From assembly GCA_902797795.1 (NCBI GenBank), contig CADBUF010000024.1, forward strand, positions 1 to 60,446: a DNA stretch of 60,446 nt. The letters run 5' to 3'. This DNA is from an uncultured Erysipelotrichaceae bacterium (GTDB taxonomy: Bacteria > Bacillota_I > Bacilli_A > RFN20 > CAG-826). Below are positions 48,560-58,777 of this stretch, one piece after another; the first letter of the stretch is position 1; the number at the start of each line of letters is the position of its first letter. Under the pieces are notes generated by a model. The model was not told the origin of the DNA, did not search any database, and saw only the letters and a program-made list of their open reading frames with translations. Position numbers and translations under genes: made by a program.

Positions 48560-48645
48560 ACCGGGAGCTAAGTAAACTTGGCTGAGAGGATCATTGTGAA
48601 TGGTCGACCATACCTGATCTAGGTAATTCTAGCGGAGGGAGTTTT
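48560..48645 (+). promoter_or_regulatory. TPP (THI-box) riboswitch aptamer
   Basis: CCGGGAGC...GGCTGAGAGG...GACCATACCTGATCTAGGTAATTCTAGCGGAGGGAG matches the conserved CUGAGA and ACCUGAUCnGGnUAAUnCCnGCGnAGGGA cores. Confidence 0.85.
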
Positions 48646-48655
48646 TTATTAAATG

Positions 48656-48684
48656 CTCTCTGCTATTGTGCAGAGTTTTTATTT
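48656..48684 (+). terminator. Riboswitch expression-platform terminator
   Basis: Hairpin ctctgc-tattgt-gcagag followed by tttttattt, immediately before the AGGAGG RBS of 48697. Confidence 0.65.
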
Positions 48685-48696
48685 AGGAGGAAACGT

Positions 48697-49785
48697 ATGT
48701 ACAAAAATATAGGTATTGTTAGGACAATATGTGAAATCGCCATATTTGCCGCACTTGGATTTGTTTTCGATGAATTGCAAGGCATTCTTCTTAAAGGAGT
48801 TTTTGTTGGAGGCGGCTCTATTGGCTTTGCGATGATAGCGGTAGTAATCGTCGCTTTTAGAAGAGGAGCAATTCCTGGAATATTAACAGGATTAATCATG
48901 GGGCTACTTGATTTATCAACTGGTCCATATATATTGAGTTTCTGGCAAGTTTTACTTGATTATGTATTTCCTTATTGCTTTGTTGCAACTTGTGCAATTG
49001 TTATTCCTTTATTTAGAAATGCAGAAACAAAGAAAAGTAAAATCTGGTTATTAGTGCTCGGTGTTTGTATTGGTGGATTTGCAAAATTCTTATCACATTA
49101 TTTCTCAGGACTATTATTCTTCACTGATCAAAGTGGATTTGCTTTTAACTTAAATAACACTGAACCTTGGTTATATAGTCTCATCTATAACATAGCATAT
49201 ATGGGGCCATGTATCGTATTAACTGCAGCTTTAGCCGCCGCAATCGAATATAGGGCGCCAAGCTTATTCGAATATCAAAATAAAGAAAACGAAATAATTG
49301 CCGACAAAAGAATCAAAGCTCTTGATTATGTATTAAATCCAGCAGCATTAGGAGTTGGAATTTTTGGATTTGTTTATTATTTACTCAAATATATTTATAG
49401 TTATGAAGGATACACTGATTCATATAATGGTAACGTCGTATATGGAGCAGAATTTAACCCTGATTATTTAGTTTTATATGTTACGGGAGCTTTATTAATC
49501 CTCTTTACTGTTTTTCATATCATTAAGACAATACTTAAAAAGCCAAATTATAGGTTAATGATTATAGCTTGTGGCTCTTTAGCGTTAGATAATGCTATAT
49601 ATGGATTAGCTATAGCAATAAAATATTACAATGTGAAGTACGCTAAAAAGCTTACAATCGAAGAACATAATGCATTATTGGAGCCATATTGGAGATGGTT
49701 CTTCGTTGGCGTTATTGTTGCCGTTTTATTCGCAATTATATATGTATTAATTAGAGAAAAAATCAAAAACGAGCAGGAAAATTAG
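48697..49785 (+). CDS. thiT: ThiT-like thiamine ECF S-component fused to a ~170-aa extra membrane domain
   Basis: 362 aa. Aa 1-190 resemble ThiT (IVRTICEIAIFAALGFV..., RRGAIPGILTGLIMGLL...). Aa ~195-362 add about four more helices. AGGAGG RBS. TPP riboswitch upstream. Confidence 0.7.
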   Translation: MYKNIGIVRTICEIAIFAALGFVFDELQGILLKGVFVGGGSIGFAMIAVVIVAFRRGAIPGILTGLIMGLLDLSTGPYILSFWQVLLDYVFPYCFVATCAIVIPLFRNAETKKSKIWLLVLGVCIGGFAKFLSHYFSGLLFFTDQSGFAFNLNNTEPWLYSLIYNIAYMGPCIVLTAALAAAIEYRAPSLFEYQNKENEIIADKRIKALDYVLNPAALGVGIFGFVYYLLKYIYSYEGYTDSYNGNVVYGAEFNPDYLVLYVTGALLILFTVFHIIKTILKKPNYRLMIIACGSLALDNAIYGLAIAIKYYNVKYAKKLTIEEHNALLEPYWRWFFVGVIVAVLFAIIYVLIREKIKNEQEN

Positions 49786-50463
49786 TTAGAAATTTTTGAT
49801 CCAGTTAATTGGTTTTACGCCATTTTTGATTAAGAATTCATTAGTTTTGACGAAAATTCCACTATTAAACCAGCCACCTTGATTAGCGCCCAATGGACTT
49901 GGGTGAGTAGCAGACAAAACAAGGTGGTTTTTATTCGTTAAAAATGAGCTTAGTTTCTTTGCAGGAGAGCCCCAAAGAAGAAAAACAATTGGTTGATCAA
50001 GTTTATTAAGTACATCAATTATATCTTTATTAAAAAGACGATATTCTTCAATGTTGTGGCTCATTGGTTGATGCTCTCTTACCGTTAAAATGGTATTTAA
50101 CAACAAAACTCCTTGCTTGGTAATATAGGTTAAATCTCCACCTTTATTAACAATTATTTCATTAAATTCGTTTTCGATTTCTTTATAAATGTTTATAAGG
50201 CTTGGTGGAGTTTTAATATTGTCTGGAACAGAAAACGCTAGCCCCATTGCTTGACCAGGTTCATGATAAGGATCTTGTCCAAATATTACAACTTTAACTT
50301 CTTTTAACGGAGTGTGTTTAAAAGCATTGAACATATCCGAGCGTTTTGGATAAATGGTGTATTTAGCGTATTCTTCATCCAAAAACTGTTTTAGGCGTAT
50401 TGCGTAGTCCTTATTTTTTATTTCCTTAAAGACATCATCCCAACTGTTATACATATTAAACAT
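49786..50463 (-). CDS. ung: Uracil-DNA glycosylase
   Basis: Motifs GQDPYH and HPSPL. Start at 50463 (MFNMYNSW...) fits Ung N-termini; the ORF-track start 50529 would overlap the divergent 50503 gene. Confidence 0.9.
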   Translation of the reverse strand: MFNMYNSWDDVFKEIKNKDYAIRLKQFLDEEYAKYTIYPKRSDMFNAFKHTPLKEVKVVIFGQDPYHEPGQAMGLAFSVPDNIKTPPSLINIYKEIENEFNEIIVNKGGDLTYITKQGVLLLNTILTVREHQPMSHNIEEYRLFNKDIIDVLNKLDQPIVFLLWGSPAKKLSSFLTNKNHLVLSATHPSPLGANQGGWFNSGIFVKTNEFLIKNGVKPINWIKNF

Positions 50464-50502
50464 TTTACTATAAAAGTAAAAAGAGGATAGTATAATATCA
50501 AT

Positions 50503-51591
50503 ATGCGAGTCTTGATTATATTTAATCATCCAGCCCCATATAAGGTAAAAGTTTTTAATGAACTATCAAAATATTGTGATCTCACAGTATTATTTGAAAG
50601 AACAAAAGCCAAAGATAGACCTGACTCTTTTTATTATGAAAACAACATCCAATTTAAACATCTCTTCTTAAAAGATGGGTATATTGGAAAAGAAGGGTCC
50701 ATTTCTAACAAAGTTAGAAGATATATCAAAAATCACCATTCAGATTTTGATTTGATTATCATGAATGGCTATTCTCATTTAGCAGAAATTAAGGCTATTA
50801 AATATATGAGTAAACACAACATTAAATTTGGTCTACTCATTAATGGTGGTCTAGTTAAAAAAGAATCATTATTAAAAAAATGGTATAAAACAAGATTAAT
50901 ATCTAAGGCTAGCTATTATTTATCTCCGTCTAAAGCATCAAACGAATATCTTGAATATTACGGCGCTCCAGAAAATAGAATCTTTAATTATCCTTATTCT
51001 AATTTTTCAACTGATGAAATCTTAAAAGTGCCAATAAAAGATAAAGACGCCTTAAGAGATGAATTTACTTTACCGAAAGGTAAGAAGATATTTGTTAACG
51101 CTTCTCAATTCATTGATAGAAAGAATAACTTGGAGTTAATATCTCTATTCAAAAAGAGAGCCGACATTCTTTTACTTGTTGGAGAAGGTCCTGAATTAAA
51201 TAAATATCAAAAATATATCAAAGAAAACAAAATGGATAATGTTATCATCAAGGAATTCCTGAAGAAAGATAAGTTATTCTCGTTATTTAAATGCTGTAAT
51301 TATTATATTACTTTGAGTAAAGAGGATATTTTTGGACACACCACTTTAGAAGCTTTAGCAAATGGATTACCTGTTATCTCATCTAAAAATGTAATGAGTT
51401 CAGTAGAATACATAAAAGATGGTTATAATGGTTATCTTGTTGATATAAACAACAAAGAAGAAATCATTGATAAATTAAACAAAATAGATGACTCCCTATC
51501 TATAAACGCGATTGAAAGTGTTAAAAATAATACCTTTGAAAACAGCGCGAAAACAATCTATAAAATATTGGAGGAAATGTACGATGAATAA
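50503..51591 (+). CDS. Glycosyltransferase (GT4-like, GT-B fold)
   Basis: 362 aa. MRVLIIFNH N-terminus. E-x7-E region EDIFGHTTLEALANGLPVISS. Confidence 0.8.
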   Translation: MRVLIIFNHPAPYKVKVFNELSKYCDLTVLFERTKAKDRPDSFYYENNIQFKHLFLKDGYIGKEGSISNKVRRYIKNHHSDFDLIIMNGYSHLAEIKAIKYMSKHNIKFGLLINGGLVKKESLLKKWYKTRLISKASYYLSPSKASNEYLEYYGAPENRIFNYPYSNFSTDEILKVPIKDKDALRDEFTLPKGKKIFVNASQFIDRKNNLELISLFKKRADILLLVGEGPELNKYQKYIKENKMDNVIIKEFLKKDKLFSLFKCCNYYITLSKEDIFGHTTLEALANGLPVISSKNVMSSVEYIKDGYNGYLVDINNKEEIIDKLNKIDDSLSINAIESVKNNTFENSAKTIYKILEEMYDE

Positions 51592-52735
51592 GCTTATTTA
51601 TTTCACATCGGCAATGGATGAAAAATCCTTTGAAGAATATTTAAAGAAATGGGAAGTATCTCCTAATCTCTCCAATCAAAATTTTCATAATAAATTAATT
51701 CATTCTTTAGCCATCACACATGACGTTGATGTTATTTCTGTCCGCTCAATCAATAAATATTTCAAAGACAAGAAATTAGAAGCAAAAATTGTAAAGGAAG
51801 ATAATATCTTTTGGAAATATCCATTTGTCTCCACTAACAGAGTTAGTAAATATTTAAAGTTGTTTAAAAGAATTAAACAAATCACCATCCCTGATAGTGA
51901 GGTTGTGTTAGTGGATGTTTTAAATTTGAGTTTACTCAAAAATGCTTATAAATATTCTAAAAAATACAAAAAGAAAATTGTCGGCATCGTGACCGATTCT
52001 CCAAACAACATTTCTTTTATTAGTAAAAGATACAAAAAGAAGCTATTTAAACTAGGTAGATCATTAGACGGTTATATCGTTTTAACCGATAAACTAAACG
52101 AGCTTTACAATAACAAAAACAAACCATTTGCAAAAATTGATGGGGTGAGTAGCGAGGTTAAAGAATATTTACCAAGAGAAATAAACGATGATTATATCTA
52201 TTTTGGTGGTTCATTAATGAAAGAATACGGTGTCTATAATTTAATCGATGCTTTTAATGAATTAAATGATCCTAAACTAAAATTAGTATTATGCGGACAT
52301 CATGTTAATTTGCAATCCTTAAAGAATGCATTTAAAGGTAATAAAAATATCATATACAAAGGTCCAGTTGCCTATAATGAGAATCTTTCTTTAGAAAAAT
52401 ATTCTTTATTAGCGGTCAACCCTAGACCAATAAATAACAACATTGATGACTTTTCTATACCAAGTAAGACCATTGAATTTTTATCTAATGGCGTCCCAAC
52501 TGTTACAGTAGAAAACAAACTTTTAAAAGAACATTACGATGACTCTATTATCTGGGCAAAAAGTGGAGATCCAAAAGATTTGTTGTCCGCAATTAAAAAG
52601 GCCTTATCTTTAAGTAATAAAGCAAAAGAGGAATTATTAGAGAAAGGCAAAAATAAAGCGATGAAATATACATCGCTCAAAAATGTTAATAAAGAAATTG
52701 ATAATAGTTTGTTATCTAAAATCTTTCTCAATTGA
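51584..52735 (+). CDS. Glycosyltransferase-like protein (GT-B fold)
   Basis: Start at ATG 51584 (GGAGG ~9 nt upstream, 8-nt overlap with the upstream stop) rather than 51512. C-terminal half has a GT1/GT4-like pattern (IYFGGSL...LVLCG...IPSKTIEFLSNGVPTV). Confidence 0.65.
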   Translation: MNKLIYFTSAMDEKSFEEYLKKWEVSPNLSNQNFHNKLIHSLAITHDVDVISVRSINKYFKDKKLEAKIVKEDNIFWKYPFVSTNRVSKYLKLFKRIKQITIPDSEVVLVDVLNLSLLKNAYKYSKKYKKKIVGIVTDSPNNISFISKRYKKKLFKLGRSLDGYIVLTDKLNELYNNKNKPFAKIDGVSSEVKEYLPREINDDYIYFGGSLMKEYGVYNLIDAFNELNDPKLKLVLCGHHVNLQSLKNAFKGNKNIIYKGPVAYNENLSLEKYSLLAVNPRPINNNIDDFSIPSKTIEFLSNGVPTVTVENKLLKEHYDDSIIWAKSGDPKDLLSAIKKALSLSNKAKEELLEKGKNKAMKYTSLKNVNKEIDNSLLSKIFLN

Positions 52736-53887
52736 TTTACATACTTCTCTCGAAGAGAAGTGAGCATCATAATAACGACGATTAAGCTCACCTAAATGGG
52801 CTTTTTCTTTTTTAGTTAAATTATGAACTGCGAGGATGGCTTTCTTTATAGATTCAGAATTCTCGTCTGCTATAAAGCCACCACCGCTTTCATTGATGAC
52901 GTCTTTGCCGTCTCCTTGAATAACACCAATAATAGGGCGAGCAAAATTCATCGACATTTGAAGTTTGCTAGGAATGGTTTTTCCAACCGATCCTTCATTT
53001 TTTAAAGAAACATATATCGCATCTGCGTTTTTAAAATAAGAAGCAGCAAGTTTAGCGACAATTGGTCCATGATAAATAACCTTATTTTCTAACCTTCTTC
53101 TTTGAATATCTTCAACTAAGAAATTTGACATTGGTCCCATACCTATAACATGGAAATAAATATCATAATCTCTAAGTTTATCCATGGTCTCAGTAATAAG
53201 TGGAATGAGCTGAATAAGACCTAAATTACCACAATATAAGATGTGCGTACCTTTACCATAATCGTAGGGAGTAATATTGTTATCTTCAATCAGAGATGAC
53301 TGTGGAACATAGCGAATATTATCAGTTGGTAAAAGTAAAACATTGCGGAAATATTCGATAAAACTTGGTGAACTTACAAGGATTTTGCTGGCGTTTTTGT
53401 AAATATTCCTAGACCAACGATATAAGATTTTATAGATTAACGATTTCTTATTTACTGCCTTAGTAACAAGCACACTTTCTGGCCATAAATCTAGGCAATG
53501 AATGATGTGTTTACTGCCATGAATCTTCTTATATAAATTACCAGCACTACAAATTGTTATAGGAGAGAGACTCATTGAATAAACATAGTCAAATTTTATC
53601 TTTGTTTTCTTAACCCACTTTTTTGAATTTCTCCAAAATGATAGGTAGTTCTTAACGATCGATAATCTATTCTTCTTTCGAGGATAGATATTTACACGAT
53701 GAACATTAACACCATTGATCACTTCTTCTGAAACATTTTTATATTCAGGTAAGATTCTCCCATACCCATAGTTTGGCTTGCCTGTTAAAACATGGACCTC
53801 ATATCCGTCTTTAACAAATTGTTCTGCAAACTTATAAACAACAAAGTTCTCAGGATAATAATATTGGCAGACAACTAATATTTTCAT
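52712..53887 (-). CDS. Glycosyltransferase (WcaI/WbuB-like GT4)
   Basis: MKILVVCQYYYPENF... N-terminus, typical of the family. Start at 53887 rather than 53932. Its 3' end overlaps the convergent 51584..52735 gene by 24 nt. Confidence 0.8.
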   Translation of the reverse strand: MKILVVCQYYYPENFVVYKFAEQFVKDGYEVHVLTGKPNYGYGRILPEYKNVSEEVINGVNVHRVNIYPRKKNRLSIVKNYLSFWRNSKKWVKKTKIKFDYVYSMSLSPITICSAGNLYKKIHGSKHIIHCLDLWPESVLVTKAVNKKSLIYKILYRWSRNIYKNASKILVSSPSFIEYFRNVLLLPTDNIRYVPQSSLIEDNNITPYDYGKGTHILYCGNLGLIQLIPLITETMDKLRDYDIYFHVIGMGPMSNFLVEDIQRRRLENKVIYHGPIVAKLAASYFKNADAIYVSLKNEGSVGKTIPSKLQMSMNFARPIIGVIQGDGKDVINESGGGFIADENSESIKKAILAVHNLTKKEKAHLGELNRRYYDAHFSSREVCKSIEKDFR

Positions 53888-53986
53888 ACTAACAATCTTA
53901 CCAAACTCATTTATAAATATAAATACAAACAACTTTGAAAATATTTAGTTTTCAAAAATAAGCGTATAGAGAATATAATATTTGCT

Positions 53987-55498
53987 ATGGAAGATAAAAC
54001 CCGTACTAATGTCATCATTAATATCGCTAGAACATTAGTTTTAACGATATTGTCATTCATTACATTCCCTTGGGTTTGTAGATATTTAGGTGCAAATTCT
54101 TTAGGTGCATATACTTGGGCCAACACTTTTGTTTTATATTTCCTTGTTCTTGCTAAAGTAGGTATTCCTAATCTCGCTATTAGAGAATGTGTGAAAGTTA
54201 AGAATAACAAAGAATTATTATCTAACAAGGTCCAAACATTCTTTTTAATTCAACTTATAACCACATTATTGTCATTTGGTTTTATGACAACATTAGTGTT
54301 CTCAGTTCCTAATTTTGCTGAAAGCAAAGAGTTGATATTTATCTTGTCATTGAACTTCCTCTCAGGAGCGTTCTCTTTTGAATGGTTATTTATCGCTTTA
54401 GAGAAACAGTTCTATATGTCCGTTAGAACAATTGTCGTTTTAGCGTTATCAACCTTATTAATCGTAGCCTTTGTTACTACTCCAGGTGATATTTATATCT
54501 ACGCTTTATTAACTTCCTCGGTCACTATATTGACCACGATTGCTAATTTGTTTTATATACGTAAATTTGTGTCTTTAAAAAAGACAATGCCTTATAGGAT
54601 TAAGGAATTGATTAAACCACTTTTAGTGCTTTGTTCAATATCTCTTATTATTTCTTTCTATAATCAAACTGATACATTCATTCTTGGTTTTATTGATAAC
54701 AGTAAAGCTGAAGTTGCTTCTTATTCTGTAGGCATTAAGGGAATTGATGTCATTATTGGAGTTATTACTGCTCTAAGTACAGTCTTTATCCCTCGAGCGG
54801 CAATATGCTACGCGCAAGAAGACAAAAAATATTTCAACCGTATTAATAAGTACTCTATTAATATTTGTTTATTTATTGTTCTTCCTGCAATAGCGACTAT
54901 GGCGTTACTTGCTAAACCAATTACGGGTTTAATAAGTGGTAACACTTCCTTTGATCCTAAATTTGGATATATTAACGCTCCTACTGTACTAATTATCCTT
55001 TCGTCAATGATGTTGACTTATTCAATTTCTGACATCATTTATGGGCAAATTCTTCTACCAACCAAAAAAGAGAAATATTACCTCTTTGCCTTATTAGGTG
55101 GAACAATATTAAACATTGTCTTTTCTATTGTATTTGGAAAATATGTTTTCAAAGAAAACCCTTCAATCGGTGTTGCTATAGGAACAGTCATCACAGACGC
55201 TTTAATTCTGATATTCCTATTCGGGGTAAGTTGGAAATGGGTAAATAAAGCCTTCTTTAATTGGAACTCCCTTAAGATTTTAGGTGTAACTGCCTTAATA
55301 TTCCTAGTTACATTCTTTCTAAAAGACCCTATTTATAATTTCTTAACAAATAGAGGTATGGGAATAGAAAAAGCAATGGCGTTAGAACTTGTATCTGTTG
55401 TCGCTATTGATGCGGTAATATATCTTGTTTCTTTAGCCTTAATCAAAGAAGATTTAGTGTCATCGTTCATTCGAAGAAAGAAGAAAAACAATGCTTAA
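53987..55498 (+). CDS. wzx: Polysaccharide flippase (Wzx, MOP superfamily)
   Basis: 503 aa with about 12-14 helices. N-terminal pattern INIARTLVLTILSFITFPWVCRYLGANSLGAY is typical of Wzx. Confidence 0.75.
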   Translation: MEDKTRTNVIINIARTLVLTILSFITFPWVCRYLGANSLGAYTWANTFVLYFLVLAKVGIPNLAIRECVKVKNNKELLSNKVQTFFLIQLITTLLSFGFMTTLVFSVPNFAESKELIFILSLNFLSGAFSFEWLFIALEKQFYMSVRTIVVLALSTLLIVAFVTTPGDIYIYALLTSSVTILTTIANLFYIRKFVSLKKTMPYRIKELIKPLLVLCSISLIISFYNQTDTFILGFIDNSKAEVASYSVGIKGIDVIIGVITALSTVFIPRAAICYAQEDKKYFNRINKYSINICLFIVLPAIATMALLAKPITGLISGNTSFDPKFGYINAPTVLIILSSMMLTYSISDIIYGQILLPTKKEKYYLFALLGGTILNIVFSIVFGKYVFKENPSIGVAIGTVITDALILIFLFGVSWKWVNKAFFNWNSLKILGVTALIFLVTFFLKDPIYNFLTNRGMGIEKAMALELVSVVAIDAVIYLVSLALIKEDLVSSFIRRKKKNNA

Positions 55499-56399
55499 TG
55501 AAAGATTAAAAGAAAATAAACTTAAACGAGCGCTTGTCTCTCCTTTTAGAGGTGTGGTTAAAGCTTTAAATAAAAAAGCTTATATTTCATATCAATATAA
55601 ATACATCACCCATCATAAATTAGATTGGAAACATTTAAATCGTTATACAGAAAAGCTTCAATATCTACGTTTATATGTTTATCCTAAAATGCCTTTAGTA
55701 AGTAAATGCGCTGGAAGAGTGGATGTAACAGAATACGTAAAAGAAAAAGGATATGAGAATCTATTAATTAATTGCCTCGGAGTTTATGATTCCGTTGATG
55801 AGATCGATTTTGATAAACTTCCTAATTCTTTTGCGATGAAATGTTCACATGGATGTGCGATGAATTACATTTGTTTTGATAAAAGCAAAATGGATGTAGA
55901 ACTTATAAAAAACAAATTTAGAAAATGGCTAAAGACCAATTACGGTAAAAAGACCGTAGAACTCCACTACTCCCCAATTAAACCGCAAATTGTCATTGAA
56001 GAATTGATGTTAGAAAATAACAAACTCCCAACCGAATATAAAATTCATGTCTTTAATGGTAAAGCAAAAAATCTTTATGTTGTTACTTCAAGAGGAATAG
56101 ACATTAGATATAACAATTATTATATCGATTGGTCTCCTTTCGATGGATCACAGTTTAATGGATGGAGAAAGACCGAATATCCTCTTAAAAAGCCTAAGAA
56201 CTTCGACGAAATGGTAAAAATAAGTGAGGACTTAGCCTCACCTTTTCCATTTGTTAGAGTTGATTTATATAATATCAACGGAACAATATATTTTTCAGAA
56301 ATGACCTTCACCCCTGCGAAAGGAACACTTATTTTAGACGATGATAAGTGTGACTATGAAATGGGTGAATGGTTAGATATTAGTAAATATCGTAAATAA
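55491..56399 (+). CDS. TupA-like ATP-grasp family protein
   Basis: 302 aa. Family pattern EKLQYLRLY..., LGVYDSVDEIDFDKLPNSF.MKCSHG, YKIHVFNGK, FPFVRVDLYNINGTIYFSEMTFTP. Confidence 0.7.
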   Translation: MLNERLKENKLKRALVSPFRGVVKALNKKAYISYQYKYITHHKLDWKHLNRYTEKLQYLRLYVYPKMPLVSKCAGRVDVTEYVKEKGYENLLINCLGVYDSVDEIDFDKLPNSFAMKCSHGCAMNYICFDKSKMDVELIKNKFRKWLKTNYGKKTVELHYSPIKPQIVIEELMLENNKLPTEYKIHVFNGKAKNLYVVTSRGIDIRYNNYYIDWSPFDGSQFNGWRKTEYPLKKPKNFDEMVKISEDLASPFPFVRVDLYNINGTIYFSEMTFTPAKGTLILDDDKCDYEMGEWLDISKYRK

Positions 56400-57362
56400 T
56401 TAATGCCAATAGGTATAAGGTAAATATACTTCGTAAAGGAATATCGCGTAATCCATTTTTTCTACTGGATTTCCATCGATATATTTGCCTTCATTAAATT
56501 CATTTAATTTATCAGAGATTACTTTGTAATTGATAGAGAAGCCCACCATTCTAGATAAAGGTTCATTATTGTATGTTCTAACTTTGCTTAAATCAAAGCC
56601 ATAGAAATAATAAATACTTCCGTTATTAGTGGTTTCTTTGGATGGTTCTGGATCTTCGCTTTCTCCTTCTTTTCTAAGGATACGATCATAGTTACAGTAA
56701 CATTCATCAAAATCTAATGTTGAAATAAAATCATAACCGATAATATATCCTTCTTGTTTAACAAAGATAGTGACAGTTAATTGAATAACAGAACTATGGA
56801 ATTTATCAGAGTCAATACGAGCTTCAACATCTACTGGGTGTTCGCTTTCATCAACTTTATAACATCTTGTTTGATTGTTAAGTGTGGTTTTGAAGTTCAT
56901 TGCAAAATAAGATAAACCATCACTTTCCTTAGAAAAACGCACAGAGAAGCCTTTATTTTCTCTTATTTGGATTCTGCTACGTTGTTGTAAACCATCACAA
57001 AGGAAACGTCCGTCAAATAATTTAGACTGCACTCCATATTTGAATGACTCATCATAATTATTGAGCATGTGGGCGTGTGAATAAGCATCTAATTTAGATT
57101 CATTTAAACTATCTGGATTAGCGGTCGCGTAATTTGGATCAAGATTACCAATTTGTTTAAACGAAGTAATGCGACTATCATCAACGTTATAAGACACTAA
57201 ACGGGCCGCGTTAGCGAGTTCGTCGTCCCAGTGCTCATAATAATTCTTTAAGAAATTAGAAGAGATATATTTATCACCTTCAACAATATAATCTAAAGAA
57301 TAACCACCACAGCTAGAAAGGGCGATTAAAAGTGGAAATAGTAACAAATATTTCTTACGCAT
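56400..57362 (-). CDS. Lipoprotein of unknown function
   Basis: 320 aa. Lipobox IALSS|C. 8-nt overlap with the upstream membrane-protein gene. Confidence 0.75.
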   Translation of the reverse strand: MRKKYLLLFPLLIALSSCGGYSLDYIVEGDKYISSNFLKNYYEHWDDELANAARLVSYNVDDSRITSFKQIGNLDPNYATANPDSLNESKLDAYSHAHMLNNYDESFKYGVQSKLFDGRFLCDGLQQRSRIQIRENKGFSVRFSKESDGLSYFAMNFKTTLNNQTRCYKVDESEHPVDVEARIDSDKFHSSVIQLTVTIFVKQEGYIIGYDFISTLDFDECYCNYDRILRKEGESEDPEPSKETTNNGSIYYFYGFDLSKVRTYNNEPLSRMVGFSINYKVISDKLNEFNEGKYIDGNPVEKMDYAIFLYEVYLPYTYWH

Positions 57363-58761
57363 TAACGCTCACCTCCGAATTAGAAGTAACAGCTTCTTTT
57401 TTTGGCCTTTGGAAATATTCTTTTGCAGTAACATAAGTAAGAATAAATACCAAAATAAAGAATGGACCAGTCATATACATTGGTCTAATCACTCGATAAA
57501 ATAAAGCATAATCACGATCAACAAATAATGCAGAGAAGATCACAAAGAAGATAGAGAACGCTAATAAAGTAACTTTAGAAGACATTTCATCTTTACTGTT
57601 TAAAATATATCTTCTAAAGCCTCTAAAGCCGACAATTAGGAAGATAATAAAGGCAAGCGCACCAATAACTCCACTAGTGGTAATGTTATCAAATAAGAAA
57701 CTATTTGTGAGTTTAGTTTCAGGTACAGGATCTAAAAGTGGACGAATCGTGTAATTCCCAAAGAAATTATCAAAGAATAAGTTAGTAACTGAAGGAGAAT
57801 ACATCTCCGCGTAACTATTATTATTAAATAGTCTATTAAGTGTTCCATTATTAGCTATAGTGTTAGCGATACTTGATTTTTCTTGATGCGCTAAGGCAAA
57901 CACCAATACGCCAAGAATAATTAAAACTAATAGTATATAGACAAAAACCTTAACAGGTTTATAGATTTTATTAAATTTTCTAATAAGAAGAATGAGTCCA
58001 TCAATAACAATAATAATTCCAATTGCAATTCCACCTAATAAAGTAGGAATAGTTACTAAAGCAAATAATCCCACGAATGTAAATCCAGCATAGGTAATAA
58101 ACGTTTTCTTGTGTTCCTTTGGAGAAATAAATAACAAGGAAATAGAAGATGTTAATAATAAAGCTGGAATAAGAACATATTGAGACATCTTCACTTCAAC
58201 AAATTTTAGTCCGTGTAAGACATAAGCGAAATTCTCAACAGTTAAGTCGCTCACTTCACCAGCGTAATACATCCTATATCCTTTATATAAAACGGTGTAG
58301 AACATACCAAAATTAACATAATTACAAATCATATTAATGACAGTTAATAAGGCAAGTGCACCATAAATGACAATTAAGAAAATCTTAATATCAAAAGTTT
58401 TATCAATCGCTAAAAGGTATCCTGAAAAGCAAATAGGAAGTAATCCCAAAGGAATAAAAACAATCTCAGCGGTAGAAAAATCACCCCATAGAACATGAGC
58501 GCGACTATAGATTCCTAAAGCAGATAAAAGGACATATAGAAATAATGGGAATATTAAGAAGGCAATTGAGCTAACCCCATCAACATTAATTTGTCTAATG
58601 TTAAAAAGAATCAATAACACCATTAAGGCAATGCTTAAACTACTATATAGAATGAAGTTATCACCAAAAGAAAAGATGATTAAAGCAAATATCTCCATTG
58701 CTAAGAAGCTTATAGCGGCCCCATATTTATGGAGTTTAGATAATTTCTTAAATTTTTCCAT
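57355..58761 (-). CDS. 12-TM membrane protein, possible Wzy/O-antigen-ligase-like polymerase
   Basis: 468 aa. Topology has a ~70-aa loop between late helices, as in Wzy_C proteins. Adjacent to the polysaccharide cluster. The family call is tentative. Confidence 0.6.
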   Translation of the reverse strand: MEKFKKLSKLHKYGAAISFLAMEIFALIIFSFGDNFILYSSLSIALMVLLILFNIRQINVDGVSSIAFLIFPLFLYVLLSALGIYSRAHVLWGDFSTAEIVFIPLGLLPICFSGYLLAIDKTFDIKIFLIVIYGALALLTVINMICNYVNFGMFYTVLYKGYRMYYAGEVSDLTVENFAYVLHGLKFVEVKMSQYVLIPALLLTSSISLLFISPKEHKKTFITYAGFTFVGLFALVTIPTLLGGIAIGIIIVIDGLILLIRKFNKIYKPVKVFVYILLVLIILGVLVFALAHQEKSSIANTIANNGTLNRLFNNNSYAEMYSPSVTNLFFDNFFGNYTIRPLLDPVPETKLTNSFLFDNITTSGVIGALAFIIFLIVGFRGFRRYILNSKDEMSSKVTLLAFSIFFVIFSALFVDRDYALFYRVIRPMYMTGPFFILVFILTYVTAKEYFQRPKKEAVTSNSEVSVNA

Positions 58762-58777
58762 ACGCGTATATTATAGC

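Noticed and set aside
48663-48899. 78-aa minus-strand ORF.
   Set aside because: It is antisense to the riboswitch terminator, RBS and 5' end of the ThiT-like gene, so it is spurious.
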